DNA of 64,000 bases from a bacterium (lineage in GTDB: Bacteria; Patescibacteriota; Minisyncoccia; Phycocordibacterales; Phycocordibacteraceae): positions 896,001-960,000 of the forward strand of contig JBBCGK010000001.1 in assembly GCA_037200965.1 (NCBI GenBank). The letters run 5' to 3'. The position numbers were made by a program, and so were the translations under genes. The notes below the pieces were generated by a model, which worked only from the letters and a program-made list of their open reading frames with translations, was not told the origin of the DNA and did not search any database. Every line of letters begins with the position of its first letter. The first letter of the stretch is position 1. Shown here piece by piece: positions 32,907-41,930 of this stretch.

Positions 32907-35900
32907 ATGGCTACTTTCAACCCAACGTCCCGCAAGATCGCTCCCCGGATCAACTGGAGCGCGATACGCCTCTCGCTCGCGTCCCCCGAGCGCATTCTCT
33001 CGTGGTCCAAGGGAGAGATCACCAAGCCGGAGACCATCAACTACCGCACCCAGCGCTCGGAAAAGCACGGTCTCTTCGACGAGAAGATCTTCGGTCCCGA
33101 GAAGGACTACGAATGCTACTGCGGCAAGTACAAGGGCATCCGCTACAAGGGCATCACGTGCGACAAGTGCGGCGTCGAGATCACGCGTTCGATCGTGCGC
33201 CGCGAACGCATGGGCCACATCGAGCTCTGCACCCCGGTCGCGCACATCTGGTTCCTCCGCTCCGTGCCGTCGCGCATGGCGCTTCTTCTTGGCATCCCGT
33301 CAGCAGACCTCGAGAAGGTCGTCTATTTCGCGGGATACATCGTGACCAAGGTCGCGGAAGACACCAAGAAGCGGCTCGTCGGCGAGCTCGAGTCGGAATA
33401 CAAGACCAAGTTCAAGGCGGCGGATACCGATGCCGCGCGCGACGCGCTTAAGGAGAAGATGACGCTTACGAAAACCGAGATCGACGGTATCGCCGTCGGC
33501 CGCGTCCTTGACGAAATGGAGTACCACCGCTACTCGGTGAAATACGGAACGCTTTTCGAGGCCAAGATCGGCGCGGAAGCCATCTACGCGCTTCTTAAAG
33601 CGATCGACCTTGAGGCGCTTAAGGCGAAGCTTGAGGAGCGCTATAAGTCCGCAGGGGCCGCCGAGCGCGAGAAGCTCGCGAAGCGCATTTCGCTCATCGC
33701 GGGCATGATCGCGTCGGGAGTCCGCCCGGAATGGATGTTCCTTACGAAAATCCCGGTCATCCCTCCGGCGCTCCGCCCGATGGTCGCGCTTGAGGGCGGC
33801 CGCCACGCGACCTCCGATGTGAACGACCTCTACCGCCGCGTTATCAACCGCAACAACCGCTTGAAGAAGCTCCTCGACATCCATGCGCCGGAAGTGATCC
33901 TCCGAAACGAAAAGCGCATCCTCCAGGAAGCGGTCGACGCGCTTCTCGACAACTCCATCCGCAAGGGCGGAGCGTCCGCAGGCGCGCTCACGCCCGCCCA
34001 GCGCCGCCCGCTCAAGTCTCTTGCCGATTATTTGAAGGGCAAGCAGGGCTATTTCCGCCAGAATCTTCTCGGCAAGCGCGTTGACTATTCGGGCCGTTCC
34101 GTGATCGTCGTTGGCCCTGACCTCGAGCTTGACGAGTGCGGACTCCCGAAGCACATGGCCCTCGAGCTTTTCCGCCCGTTCGTGATCGCCGGGCTTCTTG
34201 AGCGCGAACTCGCCTTCAACATCCGCGGCGCGGGACGCCTCATCGAGGACGGCGTGCCGGAAGTCTGGGAAATTCTCGAAGAGAAGATCCGCGGCAAGTA
34301 CGTGCTTCTCAACCGTGCGCCGACGCTCCACCGCCAGGGTATCCAGGCGTTCCGCCCGAGACTCATCGAAGGCGACGCCATCCAGCTCCATCCGCTCGTC
34401 TGCCACGCGTTCAACGCGGACTTCGACGGCGACCAGATGGCGGTCCACGTGCCGCTCTCGGAAGAGGCGCAGTGGGAGGCGAGGGAAGTGATGAGCGCGA
34501 ACAAGAACATCCTGAAGCCGGGCAACGGCGAGATGACCGTACTTGTCGGAAAACCTCAGGACATTATTCTCGGCGTCTATTGGCTCACGAAAAACGTGGC
34601 GAAGGCGAAAGGCGAAGGCACGTACTTCCAGTCCCCGAACGCCGCGATCCTCGCGTACGAGTACGGCGCGATTGATCTTCGCGCGAGCGTGCACATCCTT
34701 CCGGTCGCCGGAAAGGAGAAATACGCGGGCTTCGAAGGAAAACTGTTTGAGACGACCGTCGGACGCCTCCTCTTCAACACTGTGCTTCCGTCGGACTATC
34801 CCTATATCAACGACGTCATCACGAAGAAGGGCCTCGGCGCGATCATCGACGACTGCGCGAAACGCTACGGCTTCGACCGCATCCCGGGCATCGTCGACAA
34901 GGTGAAGAAATTCGGCTTCCAGTACGCGACCGAAGCGGGTATCACCTGGGGCATCGAGGACGTTTCCGTCTCGACCGGGAAGGAAGCGGTTATCACGGCC
35001 GCGCGCGAGAAGGTGCAGAAGATCGAGAGCGACTACAAGGACGGCCTTCTCTCGGGCGACGAGAAGCACCGGATGGTGATCGAGATCTGGCACGGCGCGA
35101 AGCAGGAAGTTGAGAACCTCGTCGAGAAGGACCTTGATCCGACGGGTTCCGTAAACGACATGATCAAGTCGGGAGCCCGCGGTACGCTCGGCAACCTCAC
35201 CCAGATGGTCGGTATGAAGGGCCTCATCCAGTCGACCGACGGCGAGACGATCGAAGTGCCGATCATCTCGTCCATGGCCGAGGGCCTCAATCCGGTCGAG
35301 TACTTCATGAGCACACACGGCTCGAGAAAGGGTCTCGCCGACACGGCGCTCGGTACCGCGCGCGCGGGCTATCTCACGCGCCGCCTCTTTGACGTGGCGC
35401 AGGACTCGATCATCACCGAGATCGATTGCGGCACCAAGCGCGGCATCGCGATCAACCGCACGTCGGCATCCGGCATCAAGATCGACTACGCGTACGCGGT
35501 CCGGGGCCGCACGCTCTCGGCGGACGCGGTTTCCAAAGACGGCACCGTGCTCTTCAAGAAGAACCACTACCTCACCGCCGAAGACGCGAAGACGATCAAC
35601 TCGGCGGATATCGAGACCGTCTCGGTGCGCTCGGCGATGAGCTGCGAGACGCGCTTTGGCATCTGCCAGAAGTGCTACGGCATGGATCTCACGACCCAGG
35701 AACCGGTCGACCTTGGCGAGGCGGTCGGCACCGTCGCCGCGCAGGCTATCGGCGAGCCGGGAACCCAGCTCACGATGCGTACCTTCCACCAGGGCGGGAC
35801 GGCTTCCGTTGGCGGTGACATCACGTCGGGCCTTCCGCGCGTCGAGGAAGTCTTCGAGAAGCGCTCGCCGAAGAACTCGGCCATCGTCTCGAAGATCGAC

Positions 35901-36638
35901 GGGCTCGTGACCGACATCAAGGAGGCGGGCCGCGAGCGCATCATCGTGGTCGCGCCGGAAGCGGGACAAGGGAAGAAGGACGGCTCGGCTTCGGAGTACC
36001 TCGCGGTCTATCCGCGCCAGGTGCTCGTCAAGATCGGCGACCAGGTGAAGAAGGGCCAGATCCTCACCGACGGCTCGGCGGACCTCGACGAACTCTTCGA
36101 GCACGCCGGACGCGCCCTCGTCCAGGAGTACATCATCGCGGAAGCGTCGAAAATCTACGAGCTCCAGGGCGCGAGCGTGTCGCGCAAGCACCTCGAGGTT
36201 ATCGTGAAGCAGATGTTCTCGCGCGTGAAGGTCACGGATGCGGGCGACGGCGACTACTCCGTCGGCGACGTGCTCGAGGACTGGGAATTCGCGGAGGCCG
36301 TGAAGGAAGCGGAGGACGCGGGCAAGATGCCGCCCAAGGCAAAGGAGATCGTGCTTGGCATCAAGGAGTCGGCGCTTTCCCGCCGTTCCTTCCTCTCGGC
36401 GGCGTCGTTTGAGCAGACGACCAAAGTGCTCATTAACGCCGCGCTCAAGGGCAGCGTCGACAACCTGAAGGGCCTTAAGGAAAACGTGATTCTCGGGCGG
36501 CTCATTCCTTCGGGAACGGGCTTCCCGGGAAGCCAGAAGGCTGAGCACATCAAGAAGCTTCAGGCGTCGCAATCCGCTCCCGCTCCGCGCGAGATTCCGG
36601 GAGCAAGCATCCGCGTACCGTCGAGGACGGGTTCCTAG
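32907..36638 (+). CDS. rpoC: DNA-directed RNA polymerase beta' subunit
   Basis: Zn-finger CGKYKGIRYKGITCDKCG, NADFDGD catalytic motif, trigger loop. Start taken at M26 of ORF 32832..36638. Confidence 0.96.
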   Translation: MATFNPTSRKIAPRINWSAIRLSLASPERILSWSKGEITKPETINYRTQRSEKHGLFDEKIFGPEKDYECYCGKYKGIRYKGITCDKCGVEITRSIVRRERMGHIELCTPVAHIWFLRSVPSRMALLLGIPSADLEKVVYFAGYIVTKVAEDTKKRLVGELESEYKTKFKAADTDAARDALKEKMTLTKTEIDGIAVGRVLDEMEYHRYSVKYGTLFEAKIGAEAIYALLKAIDLEALKAKLEERYKSAGAAEREKLAKRISLIAGMIASGVRPEWMFLTKIPVIPPALRPMVALEGGRHATSDVNDLYRRVINRNNRLKKLLDIHAPEVILRNEKRILQEAVDALLDNSIRKGGASAGALTPAQRRPLKSLADYLKGKQGYFRQNLLGKRVDYSGRSVIVVGPDLELDECGLPKHMALELFRPFVIAGLLERELAFNIRGAGRLIEDGVPEVWEILEEKIRGKYVLLNRAPTLHRQGIQAFRPRLIEGDAIQLHPLVCHAFNADFDGDQMAVHVPLSEEAQWEAREVMSANKNILKPGNGEMTVLVGKPQDIILGVYWLTKNVAKAKGEGTYFQSPNAAILAYEYGAIDLRASVHILPVAGKEKYAGFEGKLFETTVGRLLFNTVLPSDYPYINDVITKKGLGAIIDDCAKRYGFDRIPGIVDKVKKFGFQYATEAGITWGIEDVSVSTGKEAVITAAREKVQKIESDYKDGLLSGDEKHRMVIEIWHGAKQEVENLVEKDLDPTGSVNDMIKSGARGTLGNLTQMVGMKGLIQSTDGETIEVPIISSMAEGLNPVEYFMSTHGSRKGLADTALGTARAGYLTRRLFDVAQDSIITEIDCGTKRGIAINRTSASGIKIDYAYAVRGRTLSADAVSKDGTVLFKKNHYLTAEDAKTINSADIETVSVRSAMSCETRFGICQKCYGMDLTTQEPVDLGEAVGTVAAQAIGEPGTQLTMRTFHQGGTASVGGDITSGLPRVEEVFEKRSPKNSAIVSKIDGLVTDIKEAGRERIIVVAPEAGQGKKDGSASEYLAVYPRQVLVKIGDQVKKGQILTDGSADLDELFEHAGRALVQEYIIAEASKIYELQGASVSRKHLEVIVKQMFSRVKVTDAGDGDYSVGDVLEDWEFAEAVKEAEDAGKMPPKAKEIVLGIKESALSRRSFLSAASFEQTTKVLINAALKGSVDNLKGLKENVILGRLIPSGTGFPGSQKAEHIKKLQASQSAPAPREIPGASIRVPSRTGS

Positions 36639-36680
36639 CCCTTCATCGGCGCTCGGTGCGCGTGATACACTGTTCCTTAC

Positions 36681-36878
36681 ATGAATTCGATAACGGCGAA
36701 ATCAAGGAAATCGGACGTGCGCCTCAGGGCGTACGTGGCCGAGATGGTGCGCGAGGTGCTTGACGATCCCGACTTCGGACTCGAGCTTTCAGGTTATGCC
36801 CGCCGACGGCTTGCAAAGGCGAAAAAAACCCGTGCCAAGGGTATTCCGCTCTCCGCGATCCTGAAGAAGTATTCCTGA
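36681..36878 (+). CDS. putative antitoxin of the RelE/ParE-type TA pair
   Basis: 65-aa basic protein immediately upstream (2-nt gap) of the RelE/ParE-like toxin. Confidence 0.4.
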   Translation: MNSITAKSRKSDVRLRAYVAEMVREVLDDPDFGLELSGYARRRLAKAKKTRAKGIPLSAILKKYS

Positions 36879-36879
36879 C

Positions 36880-37155
36880 ATGGAGTGGAGCGTCGATTTC
36901 ACTCCGGACGCGGAGCGGGATTTGAAATCGCTTCCGAAAGCCGTCCGGGCCCGGGTATTGGCACGGGTCGTATGGCTTGCGGCCAACTTCGACCTGATCG
37001 CGCCGCTTCCGCTTCGCGCAGAGTGGCGCGGGTACTACAAGCTGCGGGCGGGCGATTACCGCGCGGTATACGCGGCCGATTATGGCGCCCGTGTTATCCG
37101 CATCGAGTATATCGACCACCGGAGCAGGGTCTACAAGCGCCGGAAGCCGAAATAG
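36880..37155 (+). CDS. RelE/ParE-family type II toxin
   Basis: MEWSVDFTPDAERDLKSLPKAVRARVL…YKLRAGDYRAVYAADYGARVIRIEYIDHRSRVYK, characteristic RelE/ParE pattern. Confidence 0.6.
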   Translation: MEWSVDFTPDAERDLKSLPKAVRARVLARVVWLAANFDLIAPLPLRAEWRGYYKLRAGDYRAVYAADYGARVIRIEYIDHRSRVYKRRKPK

Positions 37156-37211
37156 CAAAAAGCGGCGAAGGTGATGTTCCTCCGCCGCCTCGCGCAATGC
37201 TTGCCGTCGCG

Positions 37212-37463
37212 TCAACAACAACTGTTCAGGTATGTGGCGATCTGCAGCAAGAACTGGAATCGCTCAGAACGATTTAGCCCGAACCACTGCAGTTCCAGGT
37301 CGACGCGTTCTTCGTTGAGCCTCGACAGCTGCGCACTGCTCAGCATCGCGTCGTCGTTCACGAGTCCTCCCAGATCTTCGTAGAACCGGGTTCGGTTAAT
37401 CGGACTCAGCCCCAAGGGTTTTTCGAGATTGCTCTTGAGCCATTCGGCAACGTTTGTCTTCAT
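37212..37463 (-). CDS. hypothetical protein (83 aa)
   Basis: aaggag Shine-Dalgarno sequence 6 nt upstream of ATG 37463 (M22 of ORF 37212..37526). Confidence 0.4.
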   Translation of the reverse strand: MKTNVAEWLKSNLEKPLGLSPINRTRFYEDLGGLVNDDAMLSSAQLSRLNEERVDLELQWFGLNRSERFQFLLQIATYLNSCC

Positions 37464-37616
37464 GGCATTCTCCTTAAGTACGGCCATGTACGGCCGGATT
37501 AGGGTGGAAACAGGTCGCGGGAGCAACTGTACCTGACAATAAGCATTGTTGGTAATATTGTCAAGTATTCAAACGGGCCAGCGGTAAGTATGTACAAGCG
37601 TTAGAATGGCACTATT

Positions 37617-39293
37617 ATGGCGACCGATACCGTACAACGCGTCAAAGCGAAGCTCTCGATCATCGACGTCGTCACGCCGTACGTGAAGCTTACGAGAGCA
37701 GGGCGGCACTATCGGGGCCTCTCTCCCTTCAACAAGGAGAAGACGCCGTCGTTCTTCGTCTCTCCCGACCGCGGCACGTACTACTGCTTCTCGAGTAACC
37801 AGGGCGGCGACATCTTTACCTTCATCGAAAAGATGGAAGGCGTCGATTTCAAGGGCGCTCTCAAGATCCTCGCGGAGAAAGCGGGCGTCGAGATCGTCTA
37901 CGAAGGGAATTCGGGCGCCGATCGCTCGCGTTCGGAGCGGCTTCGCGAAGCGATGGCAAAGGCATCGGAGTTCTATATGCGCGGGCTTTCCGAAGGAACA
38001 CCCGCGTACGACTACGCGCTTTCGCGGGGGCTCTCCAAAGAAACGATTACGGGCTGGCAGCTCGGGTTCGCGCCTCCGGAATGGCGGATGCTCCTCGAAA
38101 CGCTTTCGGGACAGGGCTTCACGCTCGACGAGCTCAAAGGCGCGGGGCTCGTCAAGGAGGCGGACGGAAAGCCCGGCACGTACTACGACCGCTTCCGCAA
38201 CCGCCTCATGTTCCCGATACGCGACAGCGCGGGACGCACCGCCGCCTTCACGGGCCGATCGCTTGACCTAAACGACCAGGCGAAATACCTCAACAGTCCG
38301 GAGACCGAGCTGTACAGGAAATCGGAGATCCTCTTTGGCATGGACCGGGCGAAGGATGCGATACGCACGAGAGGGTTCGCGATACTCGTCGAGGGGCAGA
38401 TGGATCTTCTCCATGCGCACCAGGCCGGATTCACCAATTCCGTCGCGCTCTCGGGCACCGCGCTCAGCCCCGAGCACCTCGCGCTCATCAGGCGCTATGC
38501 GGACAATCTGATGCTCGCCTTGGACGGCGACCGCGCGGGCCTCGCGGCAAGCGCCAAGAGCGCGGTCGCGGCGCTCTCGGCAGGCCTTCGGGTGAAGGCG
38601 GTACGGCTTCCGAAGGGAGAAGACCCGGCGGATCTCATCAGCCGCGATCCGAAGGAGTTCAAGCAGCGGGTCGCGGACGCCGCGAGCATCATCGAGTTCT
38701 TCCTCTCGGTGCTTGCGGAAGCGGAGAAAGACAAGCACCGGCTGGTGATGGCGGCTGAGAAGATCGTGCTTCCGCTTCTGGCGGCGGTCAGGAGTCCTCT
38801 CGAGCGCGAGCACTTCGTCGGCATCGTCGCGCGAACGCTTGAGACGACGCCGGAGGCGGTGCGCGCCGCGCTCCCGCGACAGAGCGTTTCGGTCGCCGCG
38901 CGAAAGTCGATGACCTATGCCGTCGGCTCTCCTCGGCAAGTACTTAAGGATTCCCAGGCGCTCCAGCTTCGCGCAGCCGCTGCGTGCTACGCCGAAAGCC
39001 TGCTCGCGAAGCGCGTGAAAGCGGAGTACGAGCGCATCGCGGGCATACCGCTCCCGGGCGAGGCGCCGGACGAGCGCGCGATCTTCGAGATAGGGCAGGC
39101 GCTTGGCGAATCTCCCGAAGAAGGCGCCGCCGACGATCTTATCAGGGCGTTCGAACTGAGCATCGTGCGCGAAGCGCTCGCCGAAGCGACCGCGGCGCTT
39201 CGCAAGGCGGAAGCCGCGGGCGATAAGGACGCCGCGGACGCCGCGATGAAGCGGTCGCAGGAATTAAGTGTGCGTTTGGCCTCGCTTTCCTGA
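37617..39293 (+). CDS. dnaG: DNA primase
   Basis: Zn-ribbon (…YCFSSNQGGDIFTFI…) and TOPRIM (…ILVEGQMDLL…) motifs. Confidence 0.93.
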   Translation: MATDTVQRVKAKLSIIDVVTPYVKLTRAGRHYRGLSPFNKEKTPSFFVSPDRGTYYCFSSNQGGDIFTFIEKMEGVDFKGALKILAEKAGVEIVYEGNSGADRSRSERLREAMAKASEFYMRGLSEGTPAYDYALSRGLSKETITGWQLGFAPPEWRMLLETLSGQGFTLDELKGAGLVKEADGKPGTYYDRFRNRLMFPIRDSAGRTAAFTGRSLDLNDQAKYLNSPETELYRKSEILFGMDRAKDAIRTRGFAILVEGQMDLLHAHQAGFTNSVALSGTALSPEHLALIRRYADNLMLALDGDRAGLAASAKSAVAALSAGLRVKAVRLPKGEDPADLISRDPKEFKQRVADAASIIEFFLSVLAEAEKDKHRLVMAAEKIVLPLLAAVRSPLEREHFVGIVARTLETTPEAVRAALPRQSVSVAARKSMTYAVGSPRQVLKDSQALQLRAAAACYAESLLAKRVKAEYERIAGIPLPGEAPDERAIFEIGQALGESPEEGAADDLIRAFELSIVREALAEATAALRKAEAAGDKDAADAAMKRSQELSVRLASLS

Positions 39294-39328
39294 ATTTTTA
39301 ACCTACTATTACCAGTACTACTCTCTAT

Positions 39329-40561
39329 ATGGCTACCGCACGCAAAAAGGCGAAGATGAAGAAAACGGGAAGCAAGAAGCCCGCGAAACGTATCGCGAAG
39401 AAAAAGCTGGCGCCTAAGCGCAAAACGGTTTCTTCCCGCGCCAAGGCGGTCGTCCGTAAGGCGGTGATCGGCGTGAAGGCGAAGGCGCAAAACGAGAAAG
39501 CGGCGAAAGCCGAGGCGCTTATCGTCAAAGGCCGCGAGCGCGGGTACATCACCTACAGCGAAATTTTAAAGGCCTTCCCGACGATCGAGGAAGACGTCTC
39601 GTTCCTCGACTCCCTTTATGAGCGTTTCGCGACGATCGGCATCGATATCCTCGAAGGCGGCATGCTCGAAGACCATGCGGACGAATACCTCGCGACGAGG
39701 AACATCAAGCAGCGGGGGGATTCGACCGGCTACGACTCGATCCAGATATACCTTCGCGAGATCGGCCAGTATCCGCTTCTGACCGCGGCCGAAGAGCGCG
39801 AACTCGCCCAGAGGATCGAGAAAGGGGACGACGAGGCGCGGAACATCCTCGCCCGTTCGAACCTGCGGCTTGTGGTATCGATCGCGAAGAAGTACGTGGG
39901 CCGTTCGCCCGACCTCACCCTTCTTGACCTCATCCAGGAAGGGAACCTGGGGCTTTTCAAAGCAGTTGATAAGTTCGACTGGAAGAAGGGATATAAGTTT
40001 TCCACCTACGCCACATGGTGGATCCGCCAGGCGATCACGCGTGCCCTTGCCGACCAGTCGCGCACTATCCGCATTCCGGTCCATATGGTCGAGACCATCG
40101 CCAAGTACAAACAGGTATCGCGCCGCCTCTCGCAGGCCCTCGGACGCGATCCGCAGCCGGAGGAAATAGCGGTCGAGATGGGCGTCGAGCCGGAGAAGAT
40201 ATACCAGATCGAGAAGATCAATCAGGACACGCTCTCGCTTGAGAATCCCGTCGGGGACGGGGATGATGGCGGAAGCTCGACCCTGGGCGATTTCATTGCC
40301 GACGACAAGGTCCCGAGTCCCGTGCAGGAATCTTCCGAGCGTATCCTCGGAGAGCAGGTCCGCGACATCCTCGGCGACCTCTCCCCGAAAGAGCGCAAAA
40401 TCCTTGAGATGCGCCACGGGCTTCTCGACGGCATCTATCATACGCTTGAAGAGGTGGGGAAGGAATTTGGCGTGACGCGCGAGCGCATCCGGCAGATCGA
40501 GGCAAAGGCGCTCGAGAAGATCAGGACGCATGACAAGTCGAGGAGACTGAAGAGCTACTAA
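39329..40561 (+). CDS. rpoD: RNA polymerase sigma-70 factor
   Basis: Regions 2-4 (…[16 protein letters not shown]…, …[17 protein letters not shown]…, …[24 protein letters not shown]…). Confidence 0.93.
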   Translation: MATARKKAKMKKTGSKKPAKRIAKKKLAPKRKTVSSRAKAVVRKAVIGVKAKAQNEKAAKAEALIVKGRERGYITYSEILKAFPTIEEDVSFLDSLYERFATIGIDILEGGMLEDHADEYLATRNIKQRGDSTGYDSIQIYLREIGQYPLLTAAEERELAQRIEKGDDEARNILARSNLRLVVSIAKKYVGRSPDLTLLDLIQEGNLGLFKAVDKFDWKKGYKFSTYATWWIRQAITRALADQSRTIRIPVHMVETIAKYKQVSRRLSQALGRDPQPEEIAVEMGVEPEKIYQIEKINQDTLSLENPVGDGDDGGSSTLGDFIADDKVPSPVQESSERILGEQVRDILGDLSPKERKILEMRHGLLDGIYHTLEEVGKEFGVTRERIRQIEAKALEKIRTHDKSRRLKSY

Positions 40562-40622
40562 AAACCGGTCTAACTCGGCCTTCTGCTAAGTCTATGGTAT
40601 AAGTGTCCATAGGAGGTGCCCC

Positions 40623-40745
40623 ATGCGGACTATTACCATGCTCTTCTCGCCCGACGGCCGCTATGCCCAAGGCGAGATGAATTTCTCAAGCGCGGTCACT
40701 GCCGCCTTGCTGTTTCTCGGCGCCGTCGCCTACCGGCTGTGCTGA
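40623..40745 (+). CDS. small ORF (40 aa, hydrophobic C-terminus) with strong Shine-Dalgarno sequence
   Basis: taggaggtg sits 5-6 nt before ATG 40623. MRTITMLFSPDGRYAQGEMNFSSAVTAALLFLGAVAYRLC. Not in the ORF track (under 60 aa). Confidence 0.3.
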   Translation: MRTITMLFSPDGRYAQGEMNFSSAVTAALLFLGAVAYRLC

Positions 40746-40826
40746 CTCCCGCGTTCCCGATCGGCCCCCGCAAAGGGGCCGATTGTCTTGTACCGGAAGT
40801 ACCGTGCGTGCTATCGTATGCGGACT

Positions 40827-41240
40827 ATGTCGGCACAAGGAACATTCGCGACCGCGCTCAACTGCATGGATGGACGCTGCCAGGAGAAGGCATACATGTT
40901 CGCACAGCAGGCATCCGGCGCGGACTTTATAGATATGATCACCGAGCCCGGCATCGACGGGCTTCTCTCCGGGACGCATTCAGTGGTTTCTGCGGAGGAT
41001 ATTCCCGGAAAGATCTCTTGGATACGGGCCAAGGCCGAAATCTCGGCGAAAGGGCACGGGTCAAAGCAGTGCGTCATTTTCGGACACTGCGGTTGCGCGG
41101 GCAACCAAGTTACGTTTGAAGAACACAGGGCGCACCTTCTCGCGGCTCTTGAGAAAGTTCGCGGATGGGGGCTTTTTGATGAAGTAAGAGCAGCGGCATT
41201 CACCGAAGACTGGACCCTTGAAGAGGTTCGCAGCGCCTAA
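40827..41240 (+). CDS. beta-carbonic-anhydrase-like protein (C-x-D-x-R … G-H-x-x-C motifs); start uncertain
   Basis: …ALNCMDGRCQE… and …VIFGHCGCAGN… spaced about 70 aa apart, as in beta-CA zinc ligands. Confidence 0.4.
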   Translation: MSAQGTFATALNCMDGRCQEKAYMFAQQASGADFIDMITEPGIDGLLSGTHSVVSAEDIPGKISWIRAKAEISAKGHGSKQCVIFGHCGCAGNQVTFEEHRAHLLAALEKVRGWGLFDEVRAAAFTEDWTLEEVRSA

Positions 41241-41258
41241 GGGAACGTAAAAGCAAAA

Positions 41259-41283
41259 GGGCGCCTCGTGCGAGGCGCCCCTT
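41259..41283. terminator. hairpin between the convergent CA-like paralogs
   Basis: gggcgcctcg / cgaggcgccc 10-bp inverted repeat followed by cttctg. Confidence 0.45.
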
Positions 41284-41304
41284 CTGGTGCGGGGATCTTT
41301 CGGA

Positions 41305-41847
41305 TCACCGCGCAAGCGTGGCGTAGCGGCCGAAATCGAGAACGTAGCTTCCGCGGTTGCGCCACGGGAACGGATGCCAGCGGCCCCAGTCGATGTGCAC
41401 GAGATGGTATAGCTTCTCGAGCCCGGGCACGCCGTCGCGGATGATCGCTTTCGTGCTTATGAGCGCGGCGACCATGCCATTGAAGTCGAATCCTGAGCTG
41501 AGCGCCTGTCCGCACGGCCAGTGTCCGTATGCGGCGATCGTGGTGATGTTCTTCATGCCGATCGCGTTGGCGGCATCCTTGAGAAGGACCTTGTCCGCGC
41601 CGCCCGAGAGTTCAGGGGCGATGCGCAGCGCGCCGCCGTTCAGCATCAGAGGGTGATGGCGGCCGCGGGAATTTCGAAATCCACGGTCATGTCGCCTTCT
41701 GAGGTCGGGCTCCTGATCGCAGTCCCCGCACGCCATCAGGATGGTTCCCTTGGGCGCCGAAAGGACCGCCCTTTCGAGGGGCACGAGCACTCCTTTGCGC
41801 GCGAGGCTCATTGCGGCCACCCGGTCTTGTCCGGTGATCTGTAGCAT
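41305..41847 (-). CDS. divergent paralog of the beta-CA-like protein (degenerate first motif)
   Basis: …ILMACGDCDQE… and …AAYGHWPCGQA… align with the motifs of the 40827 gene. agggggaa Shine-Dalgarno sequence 8 nt upstream of ATG 41847. Confidence 0.4.
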   Translation of the reverse strand: MLQITGQDRVAAMSLARKGVLVPLERAVLSAPKGTILMACGDCDQEPDLRRRHDRGFRNSRGRHHPLMLNGGALRIAPELSGGADKVLLKDAANAIGMKNITTIAAYGHWPCGQALSSGFDFNGMVAALISTKAIIRDGVPGLEKLYHLVHIDWGRWHPFPWRNRGSYVLDFGRYATLAR

Positions 41848-41930
41848 ATGTGATATTCCCCCTGTTAGGTCCAGACTGTGCGTACTATACCACGGGTGCT
41901 GATCTGATGCAACTTCGCTATACTTAGACT

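Noticed and set aside
33300-36572. 1090-aa ORF antisense to rpoC, and similar long antisense ORFs (29855..32572 vs rpoB, 8493..10625 vs the adhesin, 13530..14531 vs dnaE, 24464..25579 and 25784..26584 vs rnr, 20691..21925 vs smc, 54040..55763 vs the ABC genes, 59582..60781 vs the FAD oxidase)
   Set aside because: High GC with GC-rich third codon positions removes stops from antisense frames. Their translations are Arg/Gly/Ala-rich low complexity, while the opposite-strand genes have unmistakable conserved motifs.
40616-41119. 167-aa Arg-rich ORF overlapping the beta-CA-like gene
   Set aside because: Out-of-frame overlap with a motif-bearing gene, with low-complexity basic composition. The strongly SD-led 40-aa ORF in another frame (40623..40745) is more credible.
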